DNA of 63,964 bases, filler included, from Collodictyon triciliatum (lineage: Eukaryota): NCBI GenBank assembly GCA_043381765.1. It is 4 parts of 4 records of this genome, joined end to end, with 100 filler letters (N's around TTAATTAATTAA, not from the genome) between each part and the next. Parts side by side here need not be neighbours in the genome. Positions count along the whole stretch, not along the records: positions 37,654 to 56,416 come from JBHJMP010001348.1; 3 more parts are not named here. One strand, 5' to 3'. The notes beneath the pieces are model-generated. The model did no database searches. It was not told the origin of the DNA and saw only the letters and a program-made list of their open reading frames with translations. The position numbers were made by a program, and so were the translations under genes. Positions within the stretch are counted from its first letter, which is position 1, and each line of letters starts with the position of its first letter. Below, piece after piece: positions 40,901-55,500 of this stretch.

Positions 40901-43900
40901 GCATCTTCATGTCTTAAACTATTCGGCTAGTACTTAATATTTTATTTGGCGGGGGGGGGGGGGGGTTATACAAATTGAATCCCTATTTAATTCTATGAAT
41001 ATAGGAATTCACTTAATCTACTGAAAAAGAGGATCACATCAAGACGATCAACCGGATTTTTCTTCGTTGAAAAGCCATTTTTCGATGTGGATGTTGAGTT
41101 AACCATTCCACAAGTGAGCATGAACCCATCTTTGGACGAAATTCAGAAATCTATTAATGCTGTTAGTGTTAGCATACTAGGCTCCACAAAATCACTACCA
41201 ATATGGAGACAGGTAGCCTACTATTATACCTTCTTTTTCTTTTTTCTTTTCTTCTTTTAGTCTTTAGTCATTTCTCATTTCTCATTTCTCATTTCTTTTT
41301 CTTTTGTTTTTACTTTCTTTATTTTCATTACATGATAAAGTGAACATGGTTATAGGCCAAAGAGGCCAAAGAGACTTTCTACGACATCATAGCCAGAGAT
41401 AAGGCTGTTGTTAGGATGGTTCTTCTACTAACGGGAAGGTAATTCATAAAAAGTTTTTTTTTTTTGTCGCAAGAACTGTAATTTAACTTAATTTTAGCTA
41501 CTGCATATCAACATAATCAAATTTCACAATATGAGGATTATTGCATCACCACCTAATTTTCACCCCCTTCAAAAAAAATAATAATTCAGCATTGAAGGTC
41601 TAAAGATGCAAGTTAATGATTACCTATCGACGTTTCACAAATATGAGTACTTATGGAAAGAAGATATGAAAAAGTCTTACGAGAGGTTTACAGAGTCTAA
41701 CCCCAGCATAGAGGATTTCGAACATGAAATGAGGAAATATCTAGACGAAGAGCACGCCATATCTTCTATTACAGCAATTCATGTGATTGGAGCTCTCTCC
41801 CTACACACACAGTCCCTTCGCTATTCATTAAAAGCTGAGGCAGCTGGTTGGAAGTTACAGTATGCCAAAAGCCTGCACAAACAAGCGTATGACGAGATGG
41901 TTGGAATAATCAAATACATTGAGACCACAGAGCAGCAACTTAAACAAGAAATTGTCGACATTGATTCCCTAAAGATAATTCTGGATCTAATCAAAGTTGT
42001 CCGGGACAAAAACACTGAGGTAGACATTATTATCGGTCCTGTAGAGGAAACTTATTCGCTGCTTACTCGATACGAGGTGCGAGTTCCAATGGAAGAGCTA
42101 GACCAAGTAAGTGAGCTACGTTCAAGATGGAAATCACTGAATAAGAAAGTGGCTGATGTCAACGACAATATACAACAACTTCAAATCAACTTCAAGAGGG
42201 ATCTAATTCGAAACATCAAGTCCTTCCAAGTTGACGTGATACAGTTCCGAAATGATTTTGACTCCAATGGCCCAATGGCTCCTGGTTTAAAATCATACGA
42301 GATTCTAGAACGGATGAAGTTCTTTCAAAGAATGTATGACGAAAGAGAGCGAAAGTCGACCACCTACGAAACTGGAGAGCAAATATTTAGTCTACCAAGA
42401 ACTGATTTCCCGGAATTAATAAAAACCAAGAGAGATTTAAAAGGGCTACAGTACCTTTTTAACCTTTACGAACAAGTGGAAGAGTCTATGGAGAACTGGA
42501 CGAATACTCCTTGGTCCAATATCAACCTGAAGCTGATTAAAGACAAAGCTGACGAATTCGAAGGGGTATTCAAGAAAATTCCAAAAAACCTTCGTGAGTG
42601 GGAGATTTCGTCAGAGATTAAGTCTACCCTAGACGAAATAAACAGAGCTCTGCCTATCCTTGAAAGTCTCTCGCATCCTTCGATTCGCCCCAGGCATTGG
42701 AGCCAAATCATGCACATTGCCGGAAAGAGCCTCAAGCTGGACTCTGATGTTCTCTATCTCAAAAATATTCTAGATGTCGGTCTGTCAAAGCATAAAGAGG
42801 ATATCCGTCAAATAGTCGAGGGCGCTGAAAAAGAAGAGTTTATTGAGCACCGACTGAGACGGATTCAAGAAGACTGGGCAGATCAGGTGTTTACATTTAC
42901 TGCGTTCCGAAACCGAGGCCCCATCTTACTGAAAATACAAGAGACATCTGAGATCATGGGACTACTGGACGAAACACAGACAAATTTATCCACTATAATG
43001 GCATCGAGGTATATATCCGCCTTCAAGGAAGAAGTTGGTTCATGGATCAACAAGCTCTCTATGGTTTCTGAAGTAATAGAAGAAATTTTGGCAGTACAAT
43101 CAACTTGGAGCTCGTTAGAATCCGTCTTTACCACTGGAGACATAATGAGGCAGCTCCCTCAAGAGACCAAACGGTTTTCGAACGTTGACAAACATTGGGT
43201 AAAACTAATGAATAAAGCCTTCGAGGTAAGAAATGTACTTCATGTATGTTTAGCCACAGAGAATGTCCGAAACATTTTGCCTCATCTTATGGAACAATTA
43301 GAGCTTTGCCAACGTTCTTTAAGCTCATACCTGGAAATGAAAAGGTCGATATTTCCCAGCTTCTACTTTGTATCCGACTCTGTTCTTTTAGAGGTACTGA
43401 GCCAAGGAATGGACCCAAATGCGATCCAAGGTCACTACAAATCCATTTTCGAAACAGTGTCTTCATTGATAATCAAAGAATCATCCGTGGCGAATGAGCC
43501 TTCCACAATCAGAGCTGGTGTATCCCCCGAGGGAGAAATCATCCAATTATCCACACCTGTCAGTAGTAGTAAAACTGTCGAAACATATTTGAAACAGGTA
43601 GAGGCTGGGATTGTCCATACCATCAAAAAATCATGCATGGAACTATCTGCAGGATTCCAGGGATTGAGTCTGGCAGACTTGCTAGATAAGTATATTTCAC
43701 AACTTGGTATTATTGGACTCCAACTTTTGTGGACCTCAGATGTTCAAAATAGTATCTCAAAATCAAAGACCGAAAAGAATATTATGACCATCCTCGGCAA
43801 GCGGATAAACTCGACTCTAGCCGATTTAATATCACTAGCTAGTAAAGAAAACAGCGGGCCAATCAACCAGATGAAGCTGGAAAACATGATTATGTTTCAA

Positions 43901-46900
43901 GTCCACAATAGGGATGTTTTTGATGAAATTGTCCGAAAAAAGGTGAAAGAGACAACCGACTTTGATTGGACCAGACACATTAGATACTACTGGAAGAGTG
44001 ACTCTAACGATCTGTGCGTGTCCATCGCAGACCAAGAAATTGTTTATGCCTATGAATACGTGGGGTGTAAGGAGCGGCTTATCATCACACCCCTAACCGA
44101 AAGATGCTTTGTAAGCTTATCGCAATGTCTTCACCTCAAGCTAGCAGGGGCCCCGATAGGTCCATCTGCCACAGGGAAAACGGAAACAATCAAAGACCTT
44201 GGGACTACAATTGGTAAAATTGTTCTTGCCTTCAACTGCTCTGATCAAGTCGATTACAAAAGCATGGCCAGAATACTCAAGGGTCTTGTTGAAACTGGAT
44301 ATTGGGGCACCTTTGACGAATTCAACAGAATGGATGATATTATTCTTTCAGTAGTGGCACAACAAGTCCAGACAATATTCGATGCACTAAGAGAAAAGAA
44401 GCAAACGTTGTATCTATCCGACGGACCTGCCATCAAAATCAACCCCCGAATGGGAATCTTCTTCACCATGAACATGGAAAAAAGTGGTCGACATGAACTA
44501 CCAGAAAACCTTAAAGTACTGTTTAGACCCATTTCGATGATTGTACCTGATTATGGTATTATTATCAGGGTTCGATTAACCGCAGCCGGATTCCAAGACT
44601 CTGCCAACCTTGCTCGAAAGATATACACATTGTATACCGCATGCGAACAGCAGCTGACCAAATCTGTTCAGTATGATTTTGGTCTTCGAAACATACTCAC
44701 CATCCTTCGCAGTCTCGGACCAATTAGGAGGTCTCAAAATGCTTCAACTCCTCAAGAGCATGTGTTTATCATGAGAGTGCTTCGCGACGCAAATATCGGA
44801 CGGCTATCAAGCGAAGACGTTCCAATTTTTTTGGCCTTGTTGAGTGACACATTCCCGAATTCGCGGATTGAGCGCACGAGAATTGACAAGCTGGAGCAAG
44901 CAATCAAAAAAGTTATCATGGAACAAAGTCTCGTAGTTGTTCCCGAGTGGATGGATAAAATAACACAGATTTATGATACATCTATCACTAGACAGGGCTT
45001 AATTATATATGGGCCTGCTGGCTCTGGAAAAACAAAGGCTTTGGAAGTCTTACTGACAGCACTTACAAATTTGGGTGACAATCAACGACAAATTCGTATC
45101 AATCCAAAATCATTATCGATGGGTGAATTATTTGGGTACTTTCACCCAATCAACGGAGACTGGGTTGATGGAGTTCTTCCTTCTTTGTGGAGAAAAGCGA
45201 GCAAACTAAGACACATGACCACTTGGTTTATTTTAGATGGTCCTATGGATACCCTATGGGTTGAAAATCTAAATTCAGTGCTGGATGACAACAAGGTTTT
45301 GACCTTGGCCAACGGCGACAGACTGCCACTCAATGGAAACATTCGTATTGTTTTCGAGACAGATTCTCTAGAAAATGTTTCACCAGCAACTGTGTCTAGA
45401 ACCGGTGTAATTTGCCTGAACGAAAATATCATCGGGTGGAGGTCACTCGTAGAAGCATGGTTAAAAACAAAGAGATCCTCTGAAGTGCCTATATTTTCCC
45501 CCCTTTTTGATCTATACATCGAACAATTTTACAACTTTATAAAAGGGAACGTTTCATGCATTCTGAAAATATCTCTCTTGAACCAAGTATACTACATGAC
45601 GCAATTGCTGAATTCTGTGTTGCCAGCCCCCATAGATAGTGATGGGCTTACTGAGACGCAGATTGAACGCGGATTTATATTTTGCCTACTTTGGTCGCTA
45701 GGAGGAATGGTAGATGTTGCAGATCGGCCAAAAGTTGACAGGTTTTTAAGGTCTCTAAATGAAGCACTGCCTGGAAACGAGTCGGACACTATATACGAGT
45801 ACTACATCAATGAGGATACGGGAGAATGGAGCTCCTGGGCACATCGTTTGTTGTCCACTTTGCAAACTCAACACTCATTCGCAAATTTTGATGTCTTTGT
45901 ACAAACACAAGAAACCATCAGACTTCAGTACTTTCTGGAAAAATTGCAAGAAAAATCTTACCACATTCTTGTGGTTGGTCCTAGCGGAATAGGAAAATCC
46001 TCAACAATCCACAACCATTTGTTAAAGGCTAATTCAGAACATACATGCTTCCGTACGCTTTCGTTCTCATACAGCACCAGTGTTTCGACCTTCAAAAAGA
46101 ATTTCGAGTCCCTGATTGATCGTAGACAGGGCAAAGTATACGGACCTCTCGGGGGGAAAGCCATGACACTTCACATAGAAGATCTGAATATTCCACAGGA
46201 GAGCCAATGGGGAGATCAACCGACTAATGAATTTCTCCGGCACCTAGTCGAAGAGCGTGGTTTCTACAACACGCAGAAAGTGGGTGATTTTTGTCTCGTC
46301 TCTGATATCTCATACATCGCCAGCATGGGGATACCTAAAAATGGCCAGATTAAGCTTTCAGATCGATTGTGTCGCTTCTTTGTTCCCTTGCAGCTCACCC
46401 CACCTTCGATTGATTCGATTTATAACATATTCAATACGATTGCTCAATCAATTGTCGACCTGTCCCCAGAGTCTGAGTTTAGACAGATGCTCGAGCAGTT
46501 CCCTAAGGCGACAATCAGGGTATGGGAGCTTTTACGGGCCAAGTTGACTTCAACTGCCACAAAACCTCATTATGAGGTTACGATGAGAGAAATTTCCAGA
46601 ATCATCCTATCAATCGTCCGAACTAGCAAAGACAAATTCAAGGACTTGAAAGGATATAGCGAGCTCATAAGAATATGGTCTCATGAATGTTCCAGGGAGT
46701 TTGGAGACCGTGCTGTCAGCGCCGAAGATAGGTTAATGATTGACTCGACAATAGAGTCCGTTGCAAGCATGATTTGGGGAGACCATGGGTTAATGCAGGG
46801 CCCTATAAAACCAGTTTGGCTGACGAAGCTTCCAGAAGACGATCCGTTGGACTCCATTGACACATCCATACCCATTGGATTCAACAACATGGCTCTAATA

Positions 46901-49900
46901 GAAGATGCCAATCTATATTACCCTCTTGCCGTTAAATATCTGAGTTCATATAATGACATCCCATCGAACGGATTTATGAGCATATCTTTCTTTGAAAATG
47001 CTTTACAAAACTTGATGAGATTGCTGCATGTATTGAACAAAACTAGGGGATGTGCATTACTCGTAGGTGTCGGGGGCTCAGGGAAGCGGTCTCTGACAAG
47101 GCTGGCCTCTTTCATATCAGGGCAGGAATGCACTGTGTTGACGAATGAGAAGAGCTATGGTGCTTCAAATTTACTAGAGCTTTTCCGAAAGCTTTTGAAG
47201 CAAACAGGTGTAGAAGGTAAATCAGTAACATTTCTGATTCCTGAAAACACACTAAAAAATGACGAATTTTACGATATTTTTAACGGATATCTAAACCATG
47301 GACATATACCCGGATTGTTCTCGAAGGACGAAATCGATCAAATTGTCAACGATTTACGAATAGTTGCAAAGAAGCAAATCCCTGGCTTCGTCGACAGCTG
47401 GGACAATCTGTTTCGTTTCTTTTTAGATCGAGCACGTGATAGGCTTCACATTATCATTTGTGTGTCCTCTGTTGGAGATGGCTTCCGAAACCAATTACTC
47501 AAATTCCCTGGCTTCTTGAAAGGCTGTACCACTATTTGGTATCCTGATTGGCCGGAGCAACTTCTCCAACTAATCGCCACCGAGATGATCCATAAATTCG
47601 AACTGCAATTGGATCCAAGACTAAGAAATGAAGTGGGTTATTACATGTCATCTATCCACTTGATTGCCTTGAAAATTGCCGAGGATTATCGAACAAAGTT
47701 CCACAGGCAAGTTCATGTTACTGGGAAGACTTTCATAAGTTTTGTGAACCAATTCCATAGAATCTACTCAAGCAAGTTTATCGAGGAGGAGACACAGATG
47801 AAGAGAACTCTGGCAGGACTAGAAAAAATGAAGAAAACCGAGATTGATGTTGAGCGAATGAAGACAGAGTTGCTTGAAAAGGAAAAAAGCTTTGTTGAGG
47901 CTCAAAAAACATCTACGAAATTGCTTTCTGATATAACAGAAAAAACCGCTCGTGCAGAGAAAAAGAGAGCCGAAATTATGGCTGTACGAAATGAGCTGGC
48001 ATCCGAGGCTGAGAGAATCCAGCGGGAAAGAGAAGAATGTGAACAAGACCTATTGGCAGCGAGGCCGCCCCTGGATGAAGCTATCCAGATAGTAAAGTCT
48101 ATTCAACCGAAAGACATTCAAAATCTCAAAGTCTTGAGAAACCCTCCTGAACTCATAAAGAGAATATTTGATTGTGTCTTAATTCTATTCCAAAAGAGCC
48201 TTATTCCAGTGGAACCTGTTGAGGTAAAGGGCAATTTGTACTTTAAGGATTCCTATCAAAATGCCCTGATATTAATGACAGACCCTGGGTTTTTGACAGA
48301 AATCCTCAATTTTCCTATGGACCATTTAACTGACGAACAAGTCGAGTTGATGGAGCCATATCTTGCTGCAGAGGATTTTACATTCCAAGAAGCAAAAAAA
48401 ACATTCGGAAATGTCGGCGCTTTATGTAAATGGATACAAGCGTTGGTTGATTATCACAAGGTCTCCAAAATCATACGCCCAAAAATCTTTGCTCTGGGAG
48501 CCTCTGAGGTGAAAGTGAAGATAGCTAACGAGAACCTTCAGGCTGCCATCGCCGAGCTGGAGCAAAGCCAGAAGGAACTCGACCAAATGCAGGTAGATTT
48601 TGACCATGCGATGTCTGAGAAAAGAAAGATACAGGACCAAGCTGAAGCGACAAAGAGCCGAATTGAGGCTGCAAATGAGCTCTTGGTTGGACTGCTTTCT
48701 GAAAGGAGGCGATGGAGTGACTATGCGAATGAATCTGTGGAGAGGCGCGGGAAATTGGTTGGAGACTGTGCCATAGCCGCTGCATTTATATCTTACTGTG
48801 GTCCATTCAATCATGAGTACAGAGATATGTTAGTTTCGTCCATCAAGAAAGAGTGCTCCGAGAAAAAGATATCCATGTCTACTAACCTCGACCTGGTGAA
48901 ATTCATCCAGTCAGATGCCAAAATTGGTCAGTGGTTTATACAGGGTCTTCCAAATGATGCGCAATCCATCCAAAACGCCTTGATTATGACCCAGACTAGA
49001 AAATCGCCCATTATTATTGATCCCCAGTCACAAGCATCTGACTGGATAAAGAATTGGCCGGAGGCAGAGGGTTTGAAGATGGTGTCTATGCTAGATAAAA
49101 ATTTTAGAATAATATTGGAGGAGGCCTTATCATCAGGCAGAAAAATCGTTATCGACGGAGCCACACAAGACTTGGACCCTGTTCTAGAAGCCTTGTTGGA
49201 GCTAAACATCGTCAGAACGAATCGCGGTGCTAGGGTCATTCTTCCCGATAAAGATGTTGAATTCCACGAAACCTTTGAAATGACTGTGATCTTGCGAGAG
49301 CCAAATCCTCATCTGAACCCGGAAATATATGCTAGGTCAACAGTAATTGATTTTAGTCTCACCATGAACGGTCTAGAATCGCAACTACTCTCAAGGTTAT
49401 TGCAAAAAGAAAAGTCTGAGCTTGAAGAGCAAAACAAAAAGAATATGGAAGAAACGAATACGTTGCGTGCCCGCATAGAGTCGGTAGAGTCTGAATTGCT
49501 CGCATTACTGTCAAATGCAAAAGAAGATCTGTTGAATGACACCGAGGTCATTGATTTAATGGGCAAGGCAAAGCGAACTTTCCAAGAAATTTCAGAAAAG
49601 CTAGAGTTGATGGCCGAAACCGAGAAAAGGATAAACACCGCCCGAGAAGAGTTTCGCCCTGTTGCTACACGGGGGGCCGTGATATACTATTTACTCCTTG
49701 AATTGAATCTCCTCTCTCCGCTATACCAGATCTCTCTGGGTCAGTTTGTGAATGTATTTGACTCTGCAATCAAAACTGCAGAGAGAGCAACAAACGTTTC
49801 AAAAAGGTCTGCAAATGTCATGGACAACTTTACATTTATGATCCACCAGCATACATCAAGAGGATTATTAGAGCATCATAAACATGTATGGCTGATTTTG

Positions 49901-52237
49901 CTTGCAACCAGGATAGGGATTTATTCAGGTTCTGTTACTCCAGCAGAGCTTAACATGTTTTTGAAAAGTGTTATCTGGCAGGATGGAAAAGCTCCAAAAA
50001 AGAAACCCTTTGATTGGCTTTCAGAACAAACATGGGGGTCTATTGTATCGCTTACTACTCTGCCCAATTTTGATAGTCTTTCTGATACAGTCTCGAGGAA
50101 TGAAGCGTTTTGGAAGGGGTGGTTGGAAAATGACGCTCCAGAGGAAGTAAAAATTCACGAGTTGGATGACAGGCTGACAGCTTTCCAACGGTTTTTGCTC
50201 GTAAGAGCATTAAGAGAAGACAGAACTTTACATGCCGGAGTTGAATACGTCAAAGTTAGTCTTGGGAAGAAATTTTCTGCCTTTCCGCCTTTGGATATGG
50301 AGCAGGTTTTAATCGATGGAAACTGTCGTTCACCCATCATCTTTATTTTGACCGCTGGGATGGAACCCACCCCTTTAATCATGGAATTAGCCCGGAAAAA
50401 GCAAAAGGAGATCAAAAACCTTTCTTTGGGCCCTGGACAGGATGCAAATATCAAGCGAATACTTTTGCAAGAATTTACCACAGGGAATTGGATTATCCTC
50501 CAAAACTGCCAATCAAATCTGCGGTTCCTTGTGGATGTGGAGCACTTGCTGACGCGAAAAGATATCTCGGGTGACTTCCGCCTGTTTATCACAACCACTG
50601 CCACCTCCAGATTCCCTGTGTCCTTGGCTCAATCCTCCATCCGCATATGTATGGATTCTACTCAAGGTGTCAAGGCAAGTATGCGAAAGTCGTACTCGCT
50701 GGTCACCCAAGACATAATGGATTGCTGCGTCATCACAGAATGGCGTCCTACAGTCTATGCAGTGGCCTTGCTGCATGGAGTTATTCAAGAAAGAAAAAAG
50801 TTTGGCCCTGCTGGGTTGAGCGGGACGTACGAATTTTCCCAATCAGACTTTGTGACTGCCATACGGTTCCTTCGAGAACACTTTGTAGAATCTGAGGCAA
50901 AGAGGACGCCAGTCTCATGGGGGATGGTAAAGTATATCCTATGCGAGATTGTCTACGGCGGAAAGATAACGGATGAGTATGACAAGAGAATTTTCTCAAC
51001 TTATGTGGATGCGTGGTTCTCACGTAAAATGAGCGAGCAAGGATTCCACTTTTCTCATGTGTCGTATGTCGCTCCTAAATTTGCAGAGTTGAATCGAGTG
51101 CGTCAGGCTATAGAGGAGTTACCAAGCAATGACCACCCAGACCTGTTTGGTCTCCAGGCGAATGCAGACATCGCGTACAAGACTGCAGCTGCGCGCGCAA
51201 ATCTTGTTTTGCTGGCTGATTTCCAGGCGAAGGAGTCTGTCTGTGCCAATTCCATCCCAAGAGAGGAAATTGTGCTTAAAACCTGCGAAGAGGCATTGTC
51301 CAAACTACCTGGCGACTTTAATATGGAGGAGGTGAGAGATAAGATTAACAAAAAGTTGGGCGGACCGAAGCCGATGAATATGTTTTTAGTGTCCGAGATA
51401 GAAAAGCTTCAAAGTTTGTTATTAATGGTTCGGAGTTCCCTGGTCGAGCTCAAAGATGCTGCCTCGGCCAACATAAGCCCTGAATCGGATTTGTCTGAGC
51501 TGTTCGATAGTATCTTTGAGTCTAGAGTCCCCTCGTTGTGGTCGAAGCATTCATGGGCTTCTTCCACGTTGTCTTTGTGGCTGCAAGGTCTAAACCAACG
51601 AGCCGACCAGTTGAATTTATGGGTGAATAGTGGCAAACCAGCGGTGTTGTGGATGCCTGGGTTCTTCAACCAACAAGCATTTTTGATGGCCATGAAGCAG
51701 GAGGTTATCCGAAAGCACCCTGGGTGGGCCTTGGATGATACAGTCCTAGTTAGCGAGGTCTTGCCCAAGGACAAAGAAGAAATCAAGAATGCGCCTGAAG
51801 AGGTTTGTCTTTTCTTTTTCTTTTTTTTTTTTGTCTCAGAAAACTATAATCTTCAATCCATTCCCTTCTTGGCTTCTATTCAACTACTTGCGGCGAAATA
51901 TGCCGAGATAAAAAAAAATACAAATATCTAAACCACAGCGCCACTGTAGGGTGTATTTGTGTCTGGTCTATTTTTAGATGGCGCTGCATGGGACAAAAAA
52001 GCTGTGAAGCTAATCGATCTTCCGCCCAGAACAACTTATTTCCCATTGCCTGTTGTCTTTATCAACGCTGTAAGCGTCACGGAGCCAAGGAAGGACCAGC
52101 TGACTTACACCTGCCCGTGTTACAAATACCCCACTCGTGGAATGCTCAACCATGTTGTCGATCTCGACTTGCGATGCGAGGAAGACCCGGCCAAATGGGT
52201 CAGCCGTGGAGTTGCTGTCATATGCAACCAACTCTAG
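37942..52237 (+). CDS. Axonemal dynein heavy chain, outer-arm gamma (DNAH5/8-like) type, 5'-partial
   Basis: Tail DNVKYLSTLEKYTEPLY...IHTIARFYSTSDRMTTLFYKITNQMI and RNAPPVAGNIAWARQLLRRIEEPM. Four P-loops GPSATGKT, GPAGSGKT, GPSGIGKS, GVGGSGKRS; FDEFNR, YDFGLRNIL, WVENLNSVLDDNKVLTLANGDR; microtubule-binding domain LRNPPELIKRIFDCVLILF; C-terminal GLFLDGAAWD, YTCPCYK, KWVSRGVA. Confidence 0.95.
38935..39127. repeat. Intronic compound microsatellite (TTTTTTG)n + (TTTGA)n
   Basis: Directly visible in a dynein intron. Confidence 0.95.
39496..39546 (-). mobile_element. Very short 5'-truncated retroposon copy with 10-bp TSD inside a dynein intron
   Basis: Flanked by TAATAGTTTT at 39486-39495 and 39547-39556. 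The body TTTTATTCTTCCTTTCAATTTTGTGCAGGATGGTGAAGATGTTGGC closely matches 10585-10630. Confidence 0.75.
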
Positions 52238-52566
52238 TCTGCTCGATGTCGTTATCTCTTTCTTGTCTATCACGTCTCAGCCTTCTCTTCCTTTCACACA
52301 AACGCACTATTTCGATAAAGAAGAAAGTCTCCCATTTATGCCCTGTGTGTGGGTTGAATTACTAAAAACCTTTGTCGAAGTTCGACACGGAGAATCATAG
52401 GCGGCCCCGTGAAAGTTTGACTTGTTTATTGATTAGGTGGTGCCCGAAACACCTTCTTTTTGTCCAGGAAAGACTGGAACAGGGAATGAGTGCTGATGGT
52501 ATAAGATGCAGTCATTATGCTGCCCCCCAACCGCGCCGGGCTTTATCAAATTTCATACGGTGAGGG

Positions 52567-55500
52567 CTACGTACGTTGTCCGAAATATCTGAAAAAAAAT
52601 ATAATCACTTGAGCTATGTGGATGGAGTCATGTTTTTAGTTGCAATCTCATCAAATGTTACATTTATATCTGGAGCTGGTTTGTAAAGCAAAGTCGCAAT
52701 GAGAATATACTTTTCTCGAATCCTTTGTGCGTTTTCTGATGAAGAATACCCCGCTTTTGGGCGAACACCAAGCAAGTCAGACGTTTCCTTTCACAAGAGG
52801 ATGTGATTTGGGGAATACCAGTATCGAAGTATTATAACAAAACAAACAAACAAACAAACAAACAAACAAACAAACAAACAAACAAACAAACAAATAAATA
52901 AATAAATAAATAAAAAGATAAAATGTTTGAATGACATCATGAATGTACCAGATAAGGCAGCGTTTAGAACACAATAATTCACTTACGTCGTCATCATCTT
53001 CGTCATCTTCGTCGAAAGAAACAGGTTCTTGCCTGATTGCCATAAAAAAGGTGACTACAAACCATAGACCCATGAAAAAGTTTGCTAGAGAATGCAAATA
53101 TTAGTCCATCAAACGGATTGTTGTTACTTATTTAGAATGCTATATTGCACAAATGTCTAAGGCTGCAAAAGCAGGAGGAATTAATGTGTCTCACCACAAA
53201 GAAAGAACCCTGAAAAGAATGACGAGCGCAAAAGAATTTGGTTAACATTGCGGGATAGTTGTGTCATTACGCAGTCACTGGGTGTCTCCAAGTCGCATTG
53301 TTCCTTGTTGCTATTCTAGGTTGGTTTACCAACGATTATAAAAGGAGGCTCAACAACAACGGGCATTCTGGTGAGTATGTTGTATTTTTTTATACGTTAT
53401 CTTTATTTTAAGTCTCCAATCAATGGAAAAATACAAACATCAATGAATTTTTGAGAACCAAATGTTGCATATTGTGGAGCGAGGGTCAAGAATAGGACGC
53501 TAAACCCGAGCATCGTGAGCATCAAAGTAATCTTGTCGTGGTAAAGAGGTTGTATTTATGTTTCATTAATGTTGTTCTTTTTTTTTTATTTTGTATATTT
53601 TACATGCCGAAAAAATAGCATTTCAATTTTTTTAGGAAATTAAACTGCAATTACAGTTGTAAGAAGGATGGCCTGAGGAACAGACTTCTTGACTCTCAAT
53701 TTGAAGAGCTATTTGAGAAAAAAATAGATTATAGATATGATGTCATTAAATGGTGGTGTGTGTTTTTTTTTTTAAAAACAAAAAACAAAAAACAAAAAAC
53801 AAAAAACAAAAAACAAAAAACAAAAGAAAAGAAAAGGAAAAGGAAAAGGAAAAATTCGTTAAGTTCATAATGTTTAGATGTCGGTTTACCAGGAACCAAA
53901 ACAAGCGAATTCCTGCTTTGTAGATTCCAACAAAAGTAGCCAAGAAGAAGTAAACCACGAAGAATCCAGTTATAATATAGTCAAATGGGAAATACTGTGC
54001 ATAAATACTATGTTTTAGAAAGGATGATGCATCAAACAGTTGCGTTCAAAGTATTATTATATTAGCACACAGTTCGTATGTTTGCTAAACCAAAAAAATA
54101 TATATAAAATAATTGAGTCCCACCTCAGAAAACACAACGAGCATTTCATCCACAGGATTTGTTATTGTTGGCTTGTTTAGTAGGAACCCACAGTCCGCGC
54201 CACAAATGGAGTTGAAAAGACGATCAAAGCTCGTTATTTGCTTATTAATGGTTAGTTACCGATAGGTGCTTTTTGCTACACTTCGTTCTTAAATCCGAAG
54301 AAAATCGTTTTGTTGCTTACAAATACTAAATTGCTGTGGAATAAAATAATCTTACAATAGACACAATCACCAGAATATTGAAACAAAACAAAAGTATTCC
54401 GACAACGATGAAAAATGGAGAAAAACACTTGAAGCATTCATGTATAAATGAAGGTTTTTCGAGCTGTGACATTCTTTGAATCAACATTCTAAATGAGGAT
54501 ATTGCATTTCACAAAAGGGTTCATCATCTTCTATCTTTCTCTTTTTCCTCTGCAGATAACATAGGAAACAAAATTATATTTTCATGAGGAAAAAATGAAA
54601 GAATATGCGTAGAATAATAAAAATGATTATTGCTTACCTCTCTTCGCGCTGGAGTTTAGAATATTTTGTCTTATCTTCACTTGAAAGTTTTCTGTCAGTA
54701 CTGTATTGATATTTGTCGGTGATAACCCTATGCAGAAGTAATTGTTATGCAAATAATTTGAATCAGATTATGAAATGTGCTGTTTTGTTTTGTTTTGTTT
54801 TGTTTTGTTTTGTTTTGTTTTGTTTTGTTTTGTTTTGTTTTGTTTTGTTTTGTTTTGTTTTGTTTTGTTTTGTTTTGTTTTGTTTTGTTTTGTTGATTGA
54901 TTGTTTTGCTTGCTTGCAAATATTAGGCCGTTTAAATACGAATAATATACCCCAAAAAATCGAACATCACTCACCTTTGTTTCTCCCGATTGATTTCTAA
55001 TTCTCCCCTTAGTGATGGGATATTATACGGTACTTTGTTTCCTCTAATGAATAGAATCACTATAGCATTCATGCCATAGACCTATATATAGTTTCTCTCA
55101 TAAATGAATGTACGATTCATTTTTCCCAAAATATAAAGAGCTGATTACAAACCGAATATGTGGTCAAACAAATCGTTCCAATAATGGCGAGAATAGAAGT
55201 TGCAAATATGATTGGACTACCAATATCTAGGTAATTTCGTCAATAAAGTCGTAAATGATGGTATTGAGCAGAGCAACTTATGACATTGCATTCATTTTTG
55301 TATCACTTTCTTTACTGAAAAAAAAAAAGGCTAAAGTATAAATAAAACGAAAGAATATTGGTGCATCAATTATGTTTTTTTTTTCCTTTATTCGATTCAA
55401 AGTGGTGCATCAATTATGTTAAAAAAAAAAGCATCCTCTATGCCGTAGAACTGGTATGTAATCCAAGGCCAACAAAGGAACTCACCATCTTTGGAGGAAT

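Noticed and set aside
41821-51786. Numerous minus-strand and alternate-frame ORFs over the dynein exon
   Set aside because: Shadow ORFs of a long coding exon, with no independent motifs.
41606-51802. Possibility of a non-standard genetic code
   Set aside because: About 3400 codons are open in the standard code, and genes end in TAA, TAG and TGA.
55360-55420. 17-bp direct repeat GGTGCATCAATTATGTT in an LMBRD1 intron
   Set aside because: Short local duplication around ~27 bp of T-rich sequence, with no similarity to the retroposon family. Too little to call an insertion.
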